From NCBI RefSeq assembly GCF_964204645.1, contig NC_134027.1, positions 17,880,560 to 17,944,559 of the forward strand: a stretch of 64,000 bases of DNA. The letters run 5' to 3'. The notes under the pieces are model-generated. The model had not been told where the DNA came from. It did not search any database and was given only the letters and a program-made list of their open reading frames with translations. This document shows positions 50,320-64,000 of this stretch, piece by piece. Source of the DNA: Tubulanus polymorphus. Its lineage: Eukaryota; Animalia; Nemertea. How positions within the stretch are numbered: the first letter of the stretch is position 1; every line of letters starts with the position of its first letter. A program made the position numbers and the translations under genes.

Positions 50320-50810
50320 GTTTTCTGTTTGATAGAATTTGTAATAAATTGTAATTTCTTGTGACCTGAAAATACTAAGCAGCAAACTATAGGTGTAGGT
50401 CGAGGTCTGAATATTGTAGTGGTAAATTCCAGGATTTAAAACGTTCTAATACTACGCCCCGGTGTTTTAGCTTCCGCGGCCATACATTGGGAGAGGTTTC
50501 AGACTCAATATTCAGCCACCCTCTGATATGTGACATCATATGAATTTTATTTGAATATTTTTTCATATTGTGAAAATATTTTTTTGAAAGTATGAAATAG
50601 TTTCCCTTCCGCGCCTGCCTGTACCCTACGAAATTTTGGACGTAGATCATAAACAAATGTTTATCTTTGGTCTTATTTGACTACAAAATAATACTGTAAG
50701 AAAGATAAAATACAATATAAACTTCTCGAACTTTGAAGTCACGAATTAATAAGATTTTTCAAACAATGCCCTAACTCCAAACAACCACACTTTGCCCATG
50801 GGCAATTTAT
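50320..50810 (+). repeat. Dispersed repeat with a second copy at about 53878-54870
   Basis: tttctgtttgatagaatttgtaataaattg through accacactttgcccatgggcaatttat is shared. Confidence 0.85.
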
Positions 50811-51709
50811 ATTGCAAATGAACTAGAACATGGCGGATTTAGGTTCCAATTTCTGGTTTGGACAAGCGCCATCAAACAAGAAATTCCAGAACCTGAATTT
50901 GTCGATATCATGTATAAGAGTTTTAGACAACCAAAACTTAAGACATTTAGACAAAGACTTTCAGTTCAAGACTATCTTTTACTTATTTCAACAAAATCTT
51001 TATAATGGCTCACGATAATGGCTATCTGGAATCAACTTGCTCACAAGATGCCTTGAACTTGTCTTTTGTACTGTACACTGTACACTTTAGTTATGCAATT
51101 AGTGAAATTTAAAACTTAACCATAACCAAAAATGAAATGGTGAGATGATTCCTTGAAATGTTCCAATTATGCAGTAATAAGCATTTGAAGTTCATTATTT
51201 TTTCGCAAATATAATATGTTCCATCCGGAAAATATGTTCATTAGTCTCCCTGGTGATCTGTGGAGATCAAGTGGGCTCTTTCAGCTAATCACAGCTCTTC
51301 AACGGTTCAGGCCAAAATCAGCACCCCTTTTACTGAACAAATGGAGTGAATTTAAATGACATGGTTTCTAACCCTTTGACTGTGCAACTGAGCATATATT
51401 CATACAAATCATTCATTAAAGCATTATCCATTCTCAAAATCCTAGGGAGCTGAATTTTGAAAACGGGCCTTGTTTAAATCTATATGAGCTTTTTCGTGAA
51501 AATCTGAATACAAAAATATAATTTTAAAAAGCCAATCAGAAAGCTGAGTCAAAAATCAGCAGGTGTTCAAGTGAACCCGCCGTATCGTCTGCTGTTTAAT
51601 GTCCGGATTTTATTTATTTCAAGATCGATTCTTTGAAATCTTTAGTTGATTTGGTTTTTGGGAGGAATATTTTTATTTGCACTACAGCAAATATCATTGA
51701 CAATTATGC

Positions 51710-52075
51710 TATCTATCTATCTATTACGCATTTCTGTCGTGGGTTTGGCACTGCGAGTTCGTCGTATATCAGCCCTCCTCCGCACTCTGTCACTTGTGAG
51801 TTCTTGGAGAGCAATGCTTCCAAGCTTCAGGTCAGGACGGATTTATTTGAGGTCACCATTTGTATGGCTGATCCAGGTGGTCTTAGGCTTGCCTGGTGGT
51901 CTTTTCGATGGTCTTAGTGACTCACTCAGAGCTTGTCTGGTGTTTCTTCTGGTAACTTTGTGACATGGACCAACCAATGGAGAAGCCTCTTTTTGATCTT
52001 CAAGCTCCTTGGGATTTCATTGGTTCTCGATAGAGTCCGTCATTTTGGATGTAAGGCCATGTGATCTTGACAATG
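51710..52075 (-). mobile_element. RTE-like LINE 3' fragment
   Basis: Minus strand encodes HWLVHV...KRPPGKPKTTW and ends in a short (taga)n tail. Confidence 0.6.
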
Positions 52076-52213
52076 TTCCTGAGGATGTTTCAGACAAAGA
52101 ACAAGGCCGTTTTTTGGATTTGTCCACCAGGGGTAGCCCCTGGGTATTGGGCATCTATTTCTTCAAATCACAGCATACTTTATTAGCCAATAGGTTCCTG
52201 TTATATCTTGTAG

Positions 52214-52372
52214 GTGACTAAAGTTGAAGAACCGTCCAAATATGGTGTTGTGGTGTACAGCCATGAAACAGGCCAAATTGATAAGTTTGTTGAGAAACCG
52301 CCAGAATTTGTATCCAATAAGATCAATGCTGGAATGTACATGTTTAGTCCATCAATACTGAACAGAATCCAG
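52214..52372 (+). CDS. GMPPB: GMPPB coding exon 5
   Basis: [53 protein letters not shown]; 159 nt. Confidence 0.98.
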
Positions 52373-52515
52373 GTAAACTTAAGTGTTTGAAGTGAATTTG
52401 CCAATGATGGAAAAAGTACATGTACTGAGAAAATTGTTAGTTCTTTTATGCAGTTTTGCATAAGCAGTTTCATATAAATGTAGTTAATAAGTTTTGATGA
52501 TTAATCAATTTTCAG

Positions 52516-52594
52516 TTGAAACCAACATCTATTGAAAAAGAGGTTTTCCCTTTCATGGCTGATGATGGTGAACTATTTGCTATGGAACTGAAAG
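52516..52594 (+). CDS. GMPPB: GMPPB coding exon 6
   Basis: [26 protein letters not shown]; 79 nt. Confidence 0.97.
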
Positions 52595-54118
52595 GTATTC
52601 ATGAGTAATCTGTATTAGATCAACATTTATTAACCCTTTTGTCACGTGGTACACGGTGACCGGTGACTAGCATTTTCATGGAGAATTTTCATAATACCCA
52701 TGCGCTATCTATCGCAAAACCTTCTGTATTTTCCGGTGTATATGTCGAGTTTTTGAGACCAAAGATCATGTCCAAAAAACGTAGGTCGACTTATACACCG
52801 AAAACACTTGCAATATCATTTAAATGGTTGCAGGTAAAATTCCCCTAGGTAAATATCCCCTAGGTAAAAAATTTCAAATATTCAAAGTAGGTAAAAATAC
52901 CCACTTGGTGATTTTCAAGAGAATTTCAAAGCGAGATGTTTCTCCAATTTCGTTCATTTGCAATGAGACTGAAATATGTTTGAACTGCGCAATGGAATCG
53001 TTCGTTGGGATGAATTCTTTAAGTAAACTCTGAGAATAAAATAAATTGTTAGAATTAATAAGAATAATCAACTTTTTATATGTAAGATCTTGAAATTTCG
53101 TAATATTATAATATTTTTGAACTGTGAACTCTTGTTGACTTGTGGTATATTTGAGCAGTGCAATGCCATGAATTATAAGCAATAATGATCTTTTAATTCT
53201 AGATATTTTAGATTCAAGCTATTGTAATATATTTGAAATGTGCGATGAACCCTTTCATTCCTAAACTGTGTGATAACTTTAAGTACTAATTTAGTATTAA
53301 TGAACTGTTAATTTGTAGTATGTTTTAATTCAAATGGTATATGCTATAGTTTGTATACTCATGATATCCTTATGATGTTCCACAATAATAAATTGGATAA
53401 AGTATCAATGATATGAATTAATTTTACACTACATTCAGTAAGAGGGGTATTTTACCTACTTTGAAGAATTTGGGATTTTTACCGAGGGGATTTTTAACCG
53501 CTAACCGTTAAAACTGCCGATGTTTAAGAGTTCAAGGTTGCCATGATGAAATGCAATATTGATTTATGTTAGGCTACACTCGTTTACCTATTAGAATTTA
53601 GAAAAAAATAGTTTCTTATAATTTGGGAATGGTTCAAAATTAACTGATATTAAAAATTAAATGAGAAAGAAAAGTGCGCGCGTGTGTAATTGTACAGCAC
53701 TTTAAATGGCCGCGCTGCTATGGCAGCGTGCCAATAATCAATACACAGCAGTCTAATACTAGACTACAGGCGCGTGGCATTCAATGCATACACAATACAT
53801 TCAACACATGGATACAATCAATGAGCACTAATCCAGTACGGCAACTCGACGCCTACCGACTCATCGCAAGCCGTATCTGTTTTCTGTTTGATAGAATTTG
53901 TAATAAATTGTAATTTCTTGTGACCTGAAAATATTAAGCAGCAAACTACAAGTATAGGTCGAGGTCTGAATATTGTAGTCGTAAATTCCAGGATTCAAAA
54001 CGATCTAATAGCCGATTTCTTCTGTACCGGTATTTTAACTTCCGCGGCCAACATTGGAAGAGGTTTCCAAGACCCAATATTCAGCCACCCTCTGATATGT
54101 GACATCATATGAATTTTA

Positions 54119-54584
54119 GGCCATCCCATATTAATGGTCTGTTTGCCGGAACCCGACCGACCCGACTTCAAAGGTACCGAGTGAAAACTTTTTTTCTGGC
54201 ATTCATTGAAATAACTTTTATTTTTGATAAAAACGGCCGACCGACCGACCCACTGCCCACGTATGAGCTATGTTTGTTTGAATTCAAGTATGCATCTTGT
54301 GAAAACATGCCTTGACATGTGGCCTAATTTAAGTTTTCCAGGAAACTGGCAGTGTTCCAATAAGCTGCCATTCATTCTCCTAGTGACTATATTAAAGCTG
54401 GTAACGTAAAAGCGCGCACTATTCAATGTACTATTTCATTTAGGCTATTAGACAAATTTCCTGTGCACAACGTAGATGGTTTTTGCGATATTGTTTCCGT
54501 GTAAAAAATTTCTACCTACCTACCGACTCATCCTGAAAAGTTGAGTCGGTGTTACAGCAAACAGACAATTATTTTGGGATGGCC
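54119..54584. mobile_element. MITE with TTA TSD and GG..CC ends (Zator- or PIF-like)
   Basis: tta-ggccatccca ... tgggatggcc-tta; internal ccgacc repeats; empty site in the paralogue near 50545. Confidence 0.85.
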
Positions 54585-54902
54585 TTATTTGAATATTTTT
54601 TTTCATAATGTGAAACATGTTTTTTTTGAAAATATAATAGTTTCCCTGTCGCGCCTACCTGTACCCTACAAAATTTTGGACGTGGACCATAACCAAATGT
54701 ATATCTTTGGTCTTATTTGACTACAAAATAGTTCTTAAAGAAAGATAAAATACTATATAAACTTGTGGAACTTTAGAGTCACGAATTGAAAAGATTTTTC
54801 AAGCAATGCCCTTATTCCAAACATCCTCTAGCTTTCAAGGTAAACCACACTTTGCCCATGGGCAATTTATTCAAAATTATGCGGACTACCTCGCTACACT
54901 AA

Positions 54903-55686
54903 AGGCTGGCTTATGTCGACAAGCCACACGATGTCTACTGAAGCAACTGGGTTTATTGCTGATTAGCGGCAACTAGCGGCCTACAAGAGGCCGCCAGTTG
55001 CTGCTCTATCGGTTCGACATAAGCCGGCTTGTGACGGCAACCCGACGCCTACCGACTCGTTGCAAGCCATATGCGGCTAGTTGCCCATGTTCTACTCAGG
55101 CCTATGGTAGGCGGACAGTTGCTTTCAATCGCAACCGATATAAGCTCATCTGCGACACGACGGAACTGAGCATAGCAATTCCAGCCAATGAGAGACCGCT
55201 TATACATACTACAAATTATGACCGCTAGTTAGCGCCATTAGTAATTAGTCATTAACTTTCAAAATTCAAGCAGTTCCATACTTAAACCAAACCTTCAGCA
55301 CGGCTGATGATTGGACTGAAGATCTAGAAACGAAATTGGTAGAATTATGGTGTGAGCTGCCATCTTTGTCGCTAGCACATTGTATTCATAAGATAAATCG
55401 AAAGAATAAGTTCTTAAAGAAAAGCTTATCTACTGGAATAATATTTCCCAATAATTAAAAATAATTCAAATCTATGGTCAAAATGCTCACGTGATAATCG
55501 GCGGTCGGCTCAGTTGCCAGTAATCGTACCGACATAAGCAGGGAAGCAACTGGGCGGATCTCGTATCCCGCTAGTCGGCCTCAGTTGCTGGGAATCGGAG
55601 TGCAGTCGACATAAGGTGGGCTGCGATCGCGGTCGCTGTCAGTCGCGTCGGTAGGCGTCGCGTCACTTGTCGACATAAGCCAGCCT
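54903..55686. mobile_element. PIF/Harbinger-like MITE with TAA TSD
   Basis: Perfect 21-bp TIR aggctggcttatgtcgacaag; taa on both sides. Confidence 0.85.
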
Positions 55687-55969
55687 TAAAGCAGCAATAA
55701 ATTTCTTTTCTAAAGAACTATATGAATCATGCTAATTAGGTAACATGATGCACATAATTGGTATGAAAATTGTTCTATACCAGTAAACAAAATATTTTTT
55801 ATCACCAAAATGTTAGGGTACAGTACCCCTTTCATAACACTATCTTTATACCAGGGGTTTTAGTATAATCACCTAATATGTCTAATTCTGGCTCAGGATG
55901 GTGGGTGGGCATATGCCAAGTACTGAAAGGGTTAAAGGGAGACTGCAAATCTATTAAACTTTCTTGCAG

Positions 55970-56097
55970 GATTCTGGATGGATGTCGGACAACCAAAAGA
56001 TTTCTTGACTGGAATGTGTTTGTACTTAGATTTTTTAGCGAAGTCTGAACCCAAATTCCTGTATCATAGTTGTAATGTAGTTGGTAGTGTGTTAGTG
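55970..56097 (+). CDS. GMPPB: GMPPB coding exon 7
   Basis: [43 protein letters not shown]; 128 nt. Confidence 0.97.
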
Positions 56098-56761
56098 GTA
56101 AGTTCATGTTTTTTCACCATTTTAGGCCAGCTGTAGGCTGAGCCTATTACTATACAAATGGAGTGAATTTAAATGACATGGTTTCCAGAGCTAAGGCTCT
56201 TTGGCCGTGCAACTGAGCATATACTCATACAAATCCTAGCAAGCTGAATTTGTAAAAATAAAGCATCAAATCCAATTCAATTTTGTTTTATTGAGCAAAT
56301 TTCAGAAAATTCAATTCTATTCCTAATGATGAAAATCTTCCGCGAAAACACATGTTTATCATTCTTGAAATTGATGTTGTGTAAGGCGTTGTTCCATGTC
56401 AAATGTCCATACAATTCAAACAAGAAGCTTTGGATATATGGATATGATAAGCGATATATTATGACCCAATAAATCTCCCGGTTCCACAAGCAACAACAAA
56501 ACAGAATGAAACATATATAAACCAAATTCAGAAGTCAAACAAATCGGTGAACAGAATTATTACAAATTAGTAGAATAATAAGAGAATATGGCATAATTAA
56601 ATAAGTACAAAACAGTCAAAGAAGGTAACAAAATATTCAACAATGTGGTACTAAATATGGCCCCAGTTGATTCTTCACTTTTGCACCAACAAAAATTCTA
56701 TTCAAACATCCTATTTTATGAATGGCTTGTTTGTTAAAGGCTTGTTATGATTTTATTGTAG

Positions 56762-56944
56762 GATCCATCAGCCAAGATTGGAAACAACTGTCGAATTGGA
56801 CCAAATGTCACAGTAGGGCCAGATGTTATTATTGAAGATGGTGCTTGTATCAAGCGTTCTACAATATTACGTGGCGCTGTCATTAAATCTCATTCATGGT
56901 TAGATAGCTGTATTGTTGGTTGGAAATCTACTGTTGGGAAATGG
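56762..56944 (+). CDS. GMPPB: GMPPB coding exon 8
   Basis: [61 protein letters not shown] (hexapeptide repeats); 183 nt. Confidence 0.98.
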
Positions 56945-57537
56945 GTAAGTCTATAACAATCCATAGATGTGATCAGACAAGGAAGGAATGTACTTTTAGC
57001 GAAATCGTGGCTCCTATCTATTTTCGTGTTCGCTTCTCTTCACCTGAAGTCACTCAAGTTAATCACGTTTTTTCTTTCAGCTGTAAATTTTTCTATGCAA
57101 AATCATTTCAACACACTCCGATAAGTAATCTAGCAATTATCAACATGATGATAGATTCCGTTAAGACACTACAATATTCAAATAACAACTATCCAAAAGC
57201 TTGCTCTAACTTGGTCCACGTCTACAATAAAACCATTCCGATTCCCATCAACATGTGTAACATTTCATGTAATGATATAAGACAACACCTATCTCTTAGC
57301 TCTTTATTGGTTCGAAGAATGAGAACCTAAGCTATCGTCGAGTTGCAGTCATGAAGTCACGTGACAGGATCGGAAGATTTTTTTTTCAGATTGAGTGATA
57401 CGCCTCAATGAAATAGGTCCACATACGTAATTCGCTTGTCTTAAGAATATTATAATTATCATGATAGATATATTCAAATACTAGTATTTCCGTCGAGTAC
57501 TGTACCCTTTCCTATGGTTTTTTGCCAATATTTTCTA

Positions 57538-58418
57538 AATTTGGGTCGATCGGACTCAAGATGGCCGTCCTATGACCTTATTAATGCCCAAAAATGTTAA
57601 TTTTGGCCCAAATTCTGAGTCCTGTAGCTTCCTACTGGTTTATCATTTCTCATTGCAATTTGTGATGGGTATTCTTTGGAAAGGGATGTTTTATACCTGA
57701 GACAGGTATTTTTCATCAGCCAATTATGACGCAATTGGCGGCCATCTTGGTGTCAGCAGTACTCATTCGTAAGTGGGAACAAGTTTTTCCACATTATATT
57801 GATACCTAAGCATATTTTGTTACCACAATCATTTAGAAAGTTGTAGCTCATAAGGTGTTCTATGATTGTGGTGAGTTGAAAGGTCATTGGTTTTTGTATA
57901 TGGCCACCGGGGGGCGTTGAATAATGCAATATCTTAGTATTTCTATATTATTTTCGTATCAATGCATATTTTTTAACCAAAGTTGTAGCTCATGACATCA
58001 TCTATGATTGTGGCAAGTTTTAAGGCCATTAGTTATTCTATATGGTCACCAGGGGGGCGTTGAATAGTAGAATAACTTAGTATTTCCTTATTATATTGGT
58101 ACCTAGGCATATTTTGTTACCATGACCAATTACAATGTTATAGTTCGTGACATGTTCTATGATTGTGGTGAGTTTCAAGGTCATTTGGTTTTGAATATGG
58201 TCACCAGGGGGCGTTGAATAGTAGAATAACTTAGTATTTCCATATTAAAGTGGTAACGAGGCATATTTTGTTATCACAATCAATTACAAAATCGTAGCTG
58301 CTGACATGTTCCATGATTGTGGTGAGTTTCAAGGTCATTGGATTCTGTATATAGTCACCAGGGGGCGTTGAATATTGAAATTGTTAGATTGTTGAGCATT
58401 TGGAACCACTTCCCAAGT
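57538..58418 (+). mobile_element. HINE family 1 copy, 5'-truncated and cut within its 3' subterminal repeat
   Basis: Reverse-complement match to about 175-1070; four array units; stops at ccacttcccaagt. Confidence 0.85.
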
Positions 58419-60405
58419 CTCTTCTCCGGTTGGTGCGCTCCTGTTTCCGCCGAGCTGAGGAAGACCAAGTCCACCGTCCGAACTCCGTGGAAAAAGCGTT
58501 CTGGTCCGATGCCGGCGGCGCAAGGTTCGGCACGGATGCAAACAGGACCAACTCAAACTTCAGCGCTTTCTCAGGCGGCTACAGATGCCGGTTGGTGAAC
58601 TAGCGCGAACTTTAACAATCGTGTCAAGCCTCATCCAGTCATAACAGTTCCGCTTCGTATCGAGGCAAGGGGAAGGCTCCAAAAAGGGGCTCTTCCTTTC
58701 GGAAAAACTCTAAATGAATTCTCGGGACCAGTGGGAGGTTGTCTGCAGCAGGCATCAACCCACTGGTCCGACCTTTTCGGAGACGGTTGGCCCTCCCGGG
58801 TCGTCTCTCGTGGCTACCGTCTCCGTTTCCTAAGGCGACCGCGCCTGACGAGGTCACCTCCCTACATGCGGCCAAAACCAGGTCAGGAGGCCTTAATCTC
58901 TCCGGCTCTCAAGGAAATGGCCGAGAAGGGAGCGATAGAACCAGTTTGCAACGAAACTTCTCCCGGCTGGTTTTCTCGAATATTCATGGTACCAAAAGCC
59001 ACAGGGGGTCAACGGACGGTGATAGAGCTGTCATCCCTCAATCGGCACCTAGACATTCCACGGTTCCGGATGACCAAACCCAAGGACGTGATTTCTCAGG
59101 ATAAAGTGGAAAGGCCGCCAGTTCCAATTCAGGTCTCTTCCATTTGGCCTCAGTACAGCCCCGTGGGTTTTCACCAAGTTGGTCAAGTCAGTTCAGAAGG
59201 TACTTCGGTCAAGAGGTGTTCGACTGTTCGTTTACCTCGAGGACTGGTTAAAAGTCGCGAACTCGGCTCAAGAATGTCGGGAGGCAATGACCTCAGTCTT
59301 GGACTTAGTCCATCAGCTAGGGTTCCGCGTAAACAGGGAAAAATCTCAGTTGACGCCGGCCCAACAGTTCACTTATCTCGGCATGGACTTTGATCTCCGA
59401 ATCGGCAAAGTCTTTCCGTCTATGGCTCGAGTAGCCAAACTTCAAGAAGTTGTAGCGGGAGTGTCCACAACCCCAAGAACAGCTCGTTACTGGTCAAGGC
59501 TTCTAGGCTCCATCAGCTCCATGGGCCTGGTGGTGCCCTTAGACCGCCTCAGTAGCAGGCGCTTGCAACAATATTGGAAGGTCTTCTGGTCTCGGTCGAA
59601 GGGCAACTGGGAGACCTTGATTCCCGTACTCCAACCGATCTAAGTCCGGAGCTTCATTGGTGGGCGGCAACTACGAATCTTCGGCGCGGGGTGTCACTAG
59701 CCCTGTTAGAGGCTCCAGTTCATGTATTCACGGATGCCACTCACCAAGGATGGGGGGCACATCTGGAGAACCGATTCAAAGCCGGGAGATGGTCTCGCTA
59801 CGAGGCCACCAACCACATAAATTTCCTGGAAATGCTGGCTGTGTGGAAGGCCCTGAAGTTCTTTCACAGGAGAGTGGAGGGCCACCACGTTTGGTTAGCC
59901 ACAGACAATTCAACAGTGAGGGCTTACCTTCAGAACCAAGGGGGCACTCACTCAGAAATCCTCACGGATCTGTCGGCCAAAATTCTTCTTTGGTGCCAGA
60001 CAAAGGGCGTGTCCCTGACTGTGGCACATTTAGCAGGGAAAAGGAACGTGATGGCCGATGCTCTTTCTCGTCGAGGTCAGGCTATTGCGACAGAATGGGT
60101 TCTCCACCAAGAAGTAGCCGATCGGGTTCGAGGCATGTTTGGCAATCCGCTGCTGGATCTGTTTGCCACCCGGTTCAATCGGAGGTGTCCTCTGTTTGTT
60201 TCCCCGTTTCCAGACGCGGAAGCGTGGGGGGTCGATGCCTTCTCTCTGGACTGGTCGGGGATGCATGCGTATGCGTTCCCGCCCACACCAGTCCTGCCGC
60301 GCTTGCTGGATCAAATAGAGAGATCATTCAATTGCTACATAGTTCTGGTAGCACCATGTTGGCCGGCTCAGAAATGGTTCCTACCACTTCTCAACCTACT
60401 GTGCG
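58419..60405 (+). mobile_element. DIRS-like retrotransposon fragment: gag end, RT, RNase H, N6-adenine methyltransferase-like domain
   Basis: GC-rich island. GYRLRF, FSRIFMVPK, PFGLSTAP, YLED; FTDA..GWGAH, HINFLEMLAV, TDN, NVMADALSR; DLFAT, YAFPP, APCWPAQKW. Frameshifted, with no tyrosine recombinase or termini. Confidence 0.9.
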
Positions 60406-63400
60406 ACAAGATATACAACCATCTTGAGGAGTTTTTGCTGTGGCTGATATTCATCTGATTTTGTGATGTGAAGTTTGAAACCAGATTGATAGGATAGATC
60501 ATCAAACATACTGTAGATGTGTGTCTGCCAACCACATGTATCAATTTTCAACAACAGAAAAATTGTTGACGAAATATCGTTGATGGTGTAAGGAATGTTT
60601 TCTTTGAGATTGAATAGTACTGTTCTAGGAATAAGTTGGCGTTATGGCGGAGGACGAGAGGTGGTATAATGAGAGATAGATACGAAATGAATTGTGCACA
60701 AGGAAATTCTTGGTAATAGGTGAATTTGGTGGTATTACGGATGGCTTATAATGAGCATTGTATGCATTGTTATAATATGCATTGTACCCCAAAATAAAAA
60801 AGAAAAGTTCTAGTTGGTGGTGATCTTCAAGACCTCAAAAATGATAATTTACGCTAAAAATTTGATGCCTTGTTTCTCATTTCTGTTGAGCTTTTAAGTT
60901 GACCTGGCCGACTGCCTATCTACCCTGAACATTACTTTTGAATCATGATCAAGCTAACAATAACAAGACCCAACAGTCATGGACATGACCTGATTAGGGG
61001 TCGTCTATTTATTACGTACGCATCGTAGGGGGAGGGGGTCATACTTAATTGCATACATGTGCGTACAGAGGGAGAGGGGGTCTGATTGTGATGTGTTCGG
61101 TACGCACCATAAACAAATCGCGAGCATTCCCTGTATAGCCTACATCATACATCGTCTACTACCCTAGTGAAGTCTATTTTGCTATCGCATATGAAACTTT
61201 CTGCCTTTGGTACAAAATAACTTAAAAACTAGGCTTAGTCTCTCTTTGGAACTTTCAAAACATTCAATGCAGTAATAAAATATCTAACCCGATTGAATTT
61301 CTTCAGAATCTGTTGCTTATTTACTAATTTAGTTATTTATTTGTTGTTGGAACTACATTTCTTTTGGGAGGAACACGTGCCCTTTTACGTATATTCATGC
61401 TTCACACACGTGTGCACGGTCCACAGACTCGCTTCTATGTGGTGTATTGATCTGTGCTTGTATATGAAAAGCGCGCCTCATGTATGGCCTAGTTAAAAGT
61501 TTTCTTGGAAACTGTAAATCATTCAACTGCTTGATTCAACTGTCGCGGGCGGCCGTGAAAAGCAGTGAACTTGGAAATGGTTTAATTTACGAAAATGAGT
61601 TGTCTAACGTTAAACTTAGTACACAGTGTATGAAATAAATGAAATCATCACACCTTGAACGTGGAGTGTCTATTTGAGTCAGTGGGGTAAATGTAACCGG
61701 CTGGTAGTTGTTGGCAGGCTGGCTGGGGAACTAGCATTTACATCAGCGCTACCGGTACAGGATTCCATCCATCAGGAATAACGAGGCAGTTAAACCTTAT
61801 ATGTACATTGTTTATTGCATCCCGGAATGAGAATGATTATCATAACTTTACATAGTCTATATGTACAGAATCATGAGTAGGATTTGAGAACTAGGTGTCA
61901 GATAAGTTGTAGAAATCAGGACTCACAAACTATTGACATGTTTGAGAGACATTAATTAATTATTGATGAGCACTGACTAAAGCTAATTACTGTGAAAACA
62001 TATTGAGTCATGTCACATGTTGATTACGACTTTAAAGCAAATATTGACACTATAGTCATAAGTTATATTACATTATTAATGTTATTTTTATTATTAAGCA
62101 ATTCATGTAGTAAGAGATATGAAATATTATGCACTGTTCAATATGAAATTGTAGATATATATGATTATAAAATATGTGACTTATATCAGGGTGACAAAAA
62201 CCCACTACCATGTATATTCATGATGAATCATCTTAGGCTTTTTTGATAGTTGATTGCTTTTCCTTAATTATGAGCTTTAAACAACGCTTGACCCATAGTG
62301 AGAGATGAATCGCGAGGATTCTTCTTTAAAGCGACTTTGTACGCTTCGATCGCTTTCTCCGGCTACAATTAGATAATGAAACGAGGATATACGTGATGAC
62401 AATACAGGGATCCTAAAGATCAGTCATACCAGTATTTTATACTTGGGGCATGGATTCTCTGAAATTCTACCAAAAACTTCATGGTGAAGATAGGTAATGC
62501 GTTTCCTTGAGAAAGGACTTTAAAAAAAATATTTTCCATCCTCATTTTCGATCTAATTGTCTGTAAAAAGTCAGTTTTCTCCCATCATTCGAATTCAATC
62601 CAATAGTTTTCGCTCTTTTTCATTTGTCCTTATTAAATCTCTAGAGTACCAATGTTTTTTTTATGCTGATCAAACATACACGCATGTAAATTTAGGAAAG
62701 TCTATTTTAAGAATTTCGTTTCTAGTTCAAATTTTTCTTGGGGAGGAAGCCCAACCCGATTTTAATGGGTTTTGTCGCTGACATATCATTATGCAATGAT
62801 TTTTTAGCAATAGAGTCAAATTTACTCGCTGGATCCACCCATGGCTCTATCTCTTACTGTTTTTACTCTGTGGAGCTCCAAAGTTACTACTGATTTTCCT
62901 TTTTCTTAGTCAAAGATGGTGGGCACTCTGAGGGTTTTCCTCAAATCACACATGGGCACTGAAAGAGTTTAACAGTGATGTTTGCTTCATGCAAGTCTTT
63001 CTTTCTTAGTTTTTATTTTTTTTTCACCGACAAATAGTAGGCCTACCTATATTGTTGTAATTTGCTCGATGTTAGATTGGGATTACTTTTACCTACATAG
63101 AGGGTACTGCATCAGCGAAGCTGAAGTGGTGATGGCATTTCATTTGAATCCATTGAAACAAAAAGATTACAATTCCACAATTGTTGAAAGTCAATTTGAA
63201 GTAATATAGTTTATTTGAAATACTGGAAATATTTGTGGTGGTTCCAACTAGCCTTCTTTTGTCTAAAAAGACATTTTCGTGGATATTGTGATCTTACCAA
63301 TTCAGGATCCATTGAATACCCTTGGTTATGTCCATGGTCAGATCGTCAAGCATTTCACCATCTGAGAATTGTGTTAGGCACTAGTACCTTGTCATTCATA

Positions 63401-63413
63401 TTTTATTTCATAG

Positions 63414-63545
63414 GTTCGTATGGAGAATGTTTCTGTATTAGGAGAAGATGTGATAGTGAAAGATGAACTATATATTAATGGCGGTCGAATATTACCACAC
63501 AAGTCTATTGCTGCCTCAGTTGCTGAACCACAAATTATCATGTGA
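63414..63545 (+). CDS. GMPPB: GMPPB coding exon 9 (last)
   Basis: [43 protein letters not shown]; 132 nt; the nine exons sum to 1083 nt = 360 aa plus stop. Confidence 0.98.
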   Translation, partial: VRMENVSVLGEDVIVKDELYINGGRILPHKSIAASVAEPQIIM

Positions 63546-64000
63546 AGGACATTCCGGTGTAATTTGCTTTCATTTTCACTGCCGAATGATACAAAATTAT
63601 CTTTAGTCTGTTCTCAGGATGCTTTTGTTACGTAACTTCTTTTGGGGGCTACCCTTTAAAACTACAGAGAATCCTTTAAAACTATAAAGAAACCTTGGTC
63701 TAATAACCTCTAATCTACTTGGTTATAACAAAGCAAAAATTCCATTTTCCTAAGCCCTTGGACCAGTCCAATTTGCCAATTTACACTGATATATACTTCA
63801 GTGCTCAAAAAGCTAGTTCATATCAACATTGTTGGCCTTTTGAGCTAGAAATTCCAACAGAGATTGAATAGTATCTAGAAAAAAAATTATTCATGCAATG
63901 CTCTTAAGGAGGTTTATTGCCAATTTTGAATTGGTGTTGCTAGTCCGTGTACTTTCTAAAGCCTATGAAGTTTCATTGAAATACATCTATTAATTAAGAT

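Larger units (their letters stand above)
52634..55931. mobile_element. Possible piggyBac-like element with nested insertions filling GMPPB intron 6
   Basis: ttaa-cccttt at 52630 and aaaggg-ttaa at 55926-55935; the TIR match is short, so pairing of these ends is uncertain. Confidence 0.45.

Noticed and set aside
56290-56750. Possible CR1/L2 LINE 3' remnants (also about 19480-19870 and 60430-60780)
   Set aside because: Only weak motifs such as GHLTWNN and FKRKL; too decayed to call boundaries or family.
59657-60427. 256-aa overlapping ORF as a separate gene
   Set aside because: Alternate frame of GC-rich DIRS pol. Overlapping frames are common in DIRS, but no recombinase motifs are recognisable here.

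Overview
Animal genomic DNA (AT-rich, spliceosomal introns; the transposon repertoire resembles that of marine invertebrates such as molluscs), not prokaryotic. One host gene is present: GMPPB (mannose-1-phosphate guanylyltransferase beta), with nine coding exons on the + strand from 32071 to 63545 giving 360 aa. The rest is mostly layered mobile DNA: a Polinton/Maverick-like virus fragment with a disrupted capsid-like gene (4.3-6.2 kb), a BEL/Pao LTR element (6.2-12.7 kb, -), Sola2-like and Zator-like transposase pseudogenes, an env- and chromodomain-encoding Gypsy element in GMPPB intron 2 (34648-44291, -), a DIRS fragment, several Helentron-type (HINE) elements carrying 154-bp arrays, and many MITEs. 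The most unusual signal is that both LTR elements have an A-internal-A-B layout. The 5' LTR stops short of the terminal segment found in the 3' LTR, no tRNA primer-binding site is visible, gag starts under 50 nt later, and the short leader is partly complementary to the extra 3' segment. All coordinates were read by eye, and family names come from remembered motifs, not database searches.
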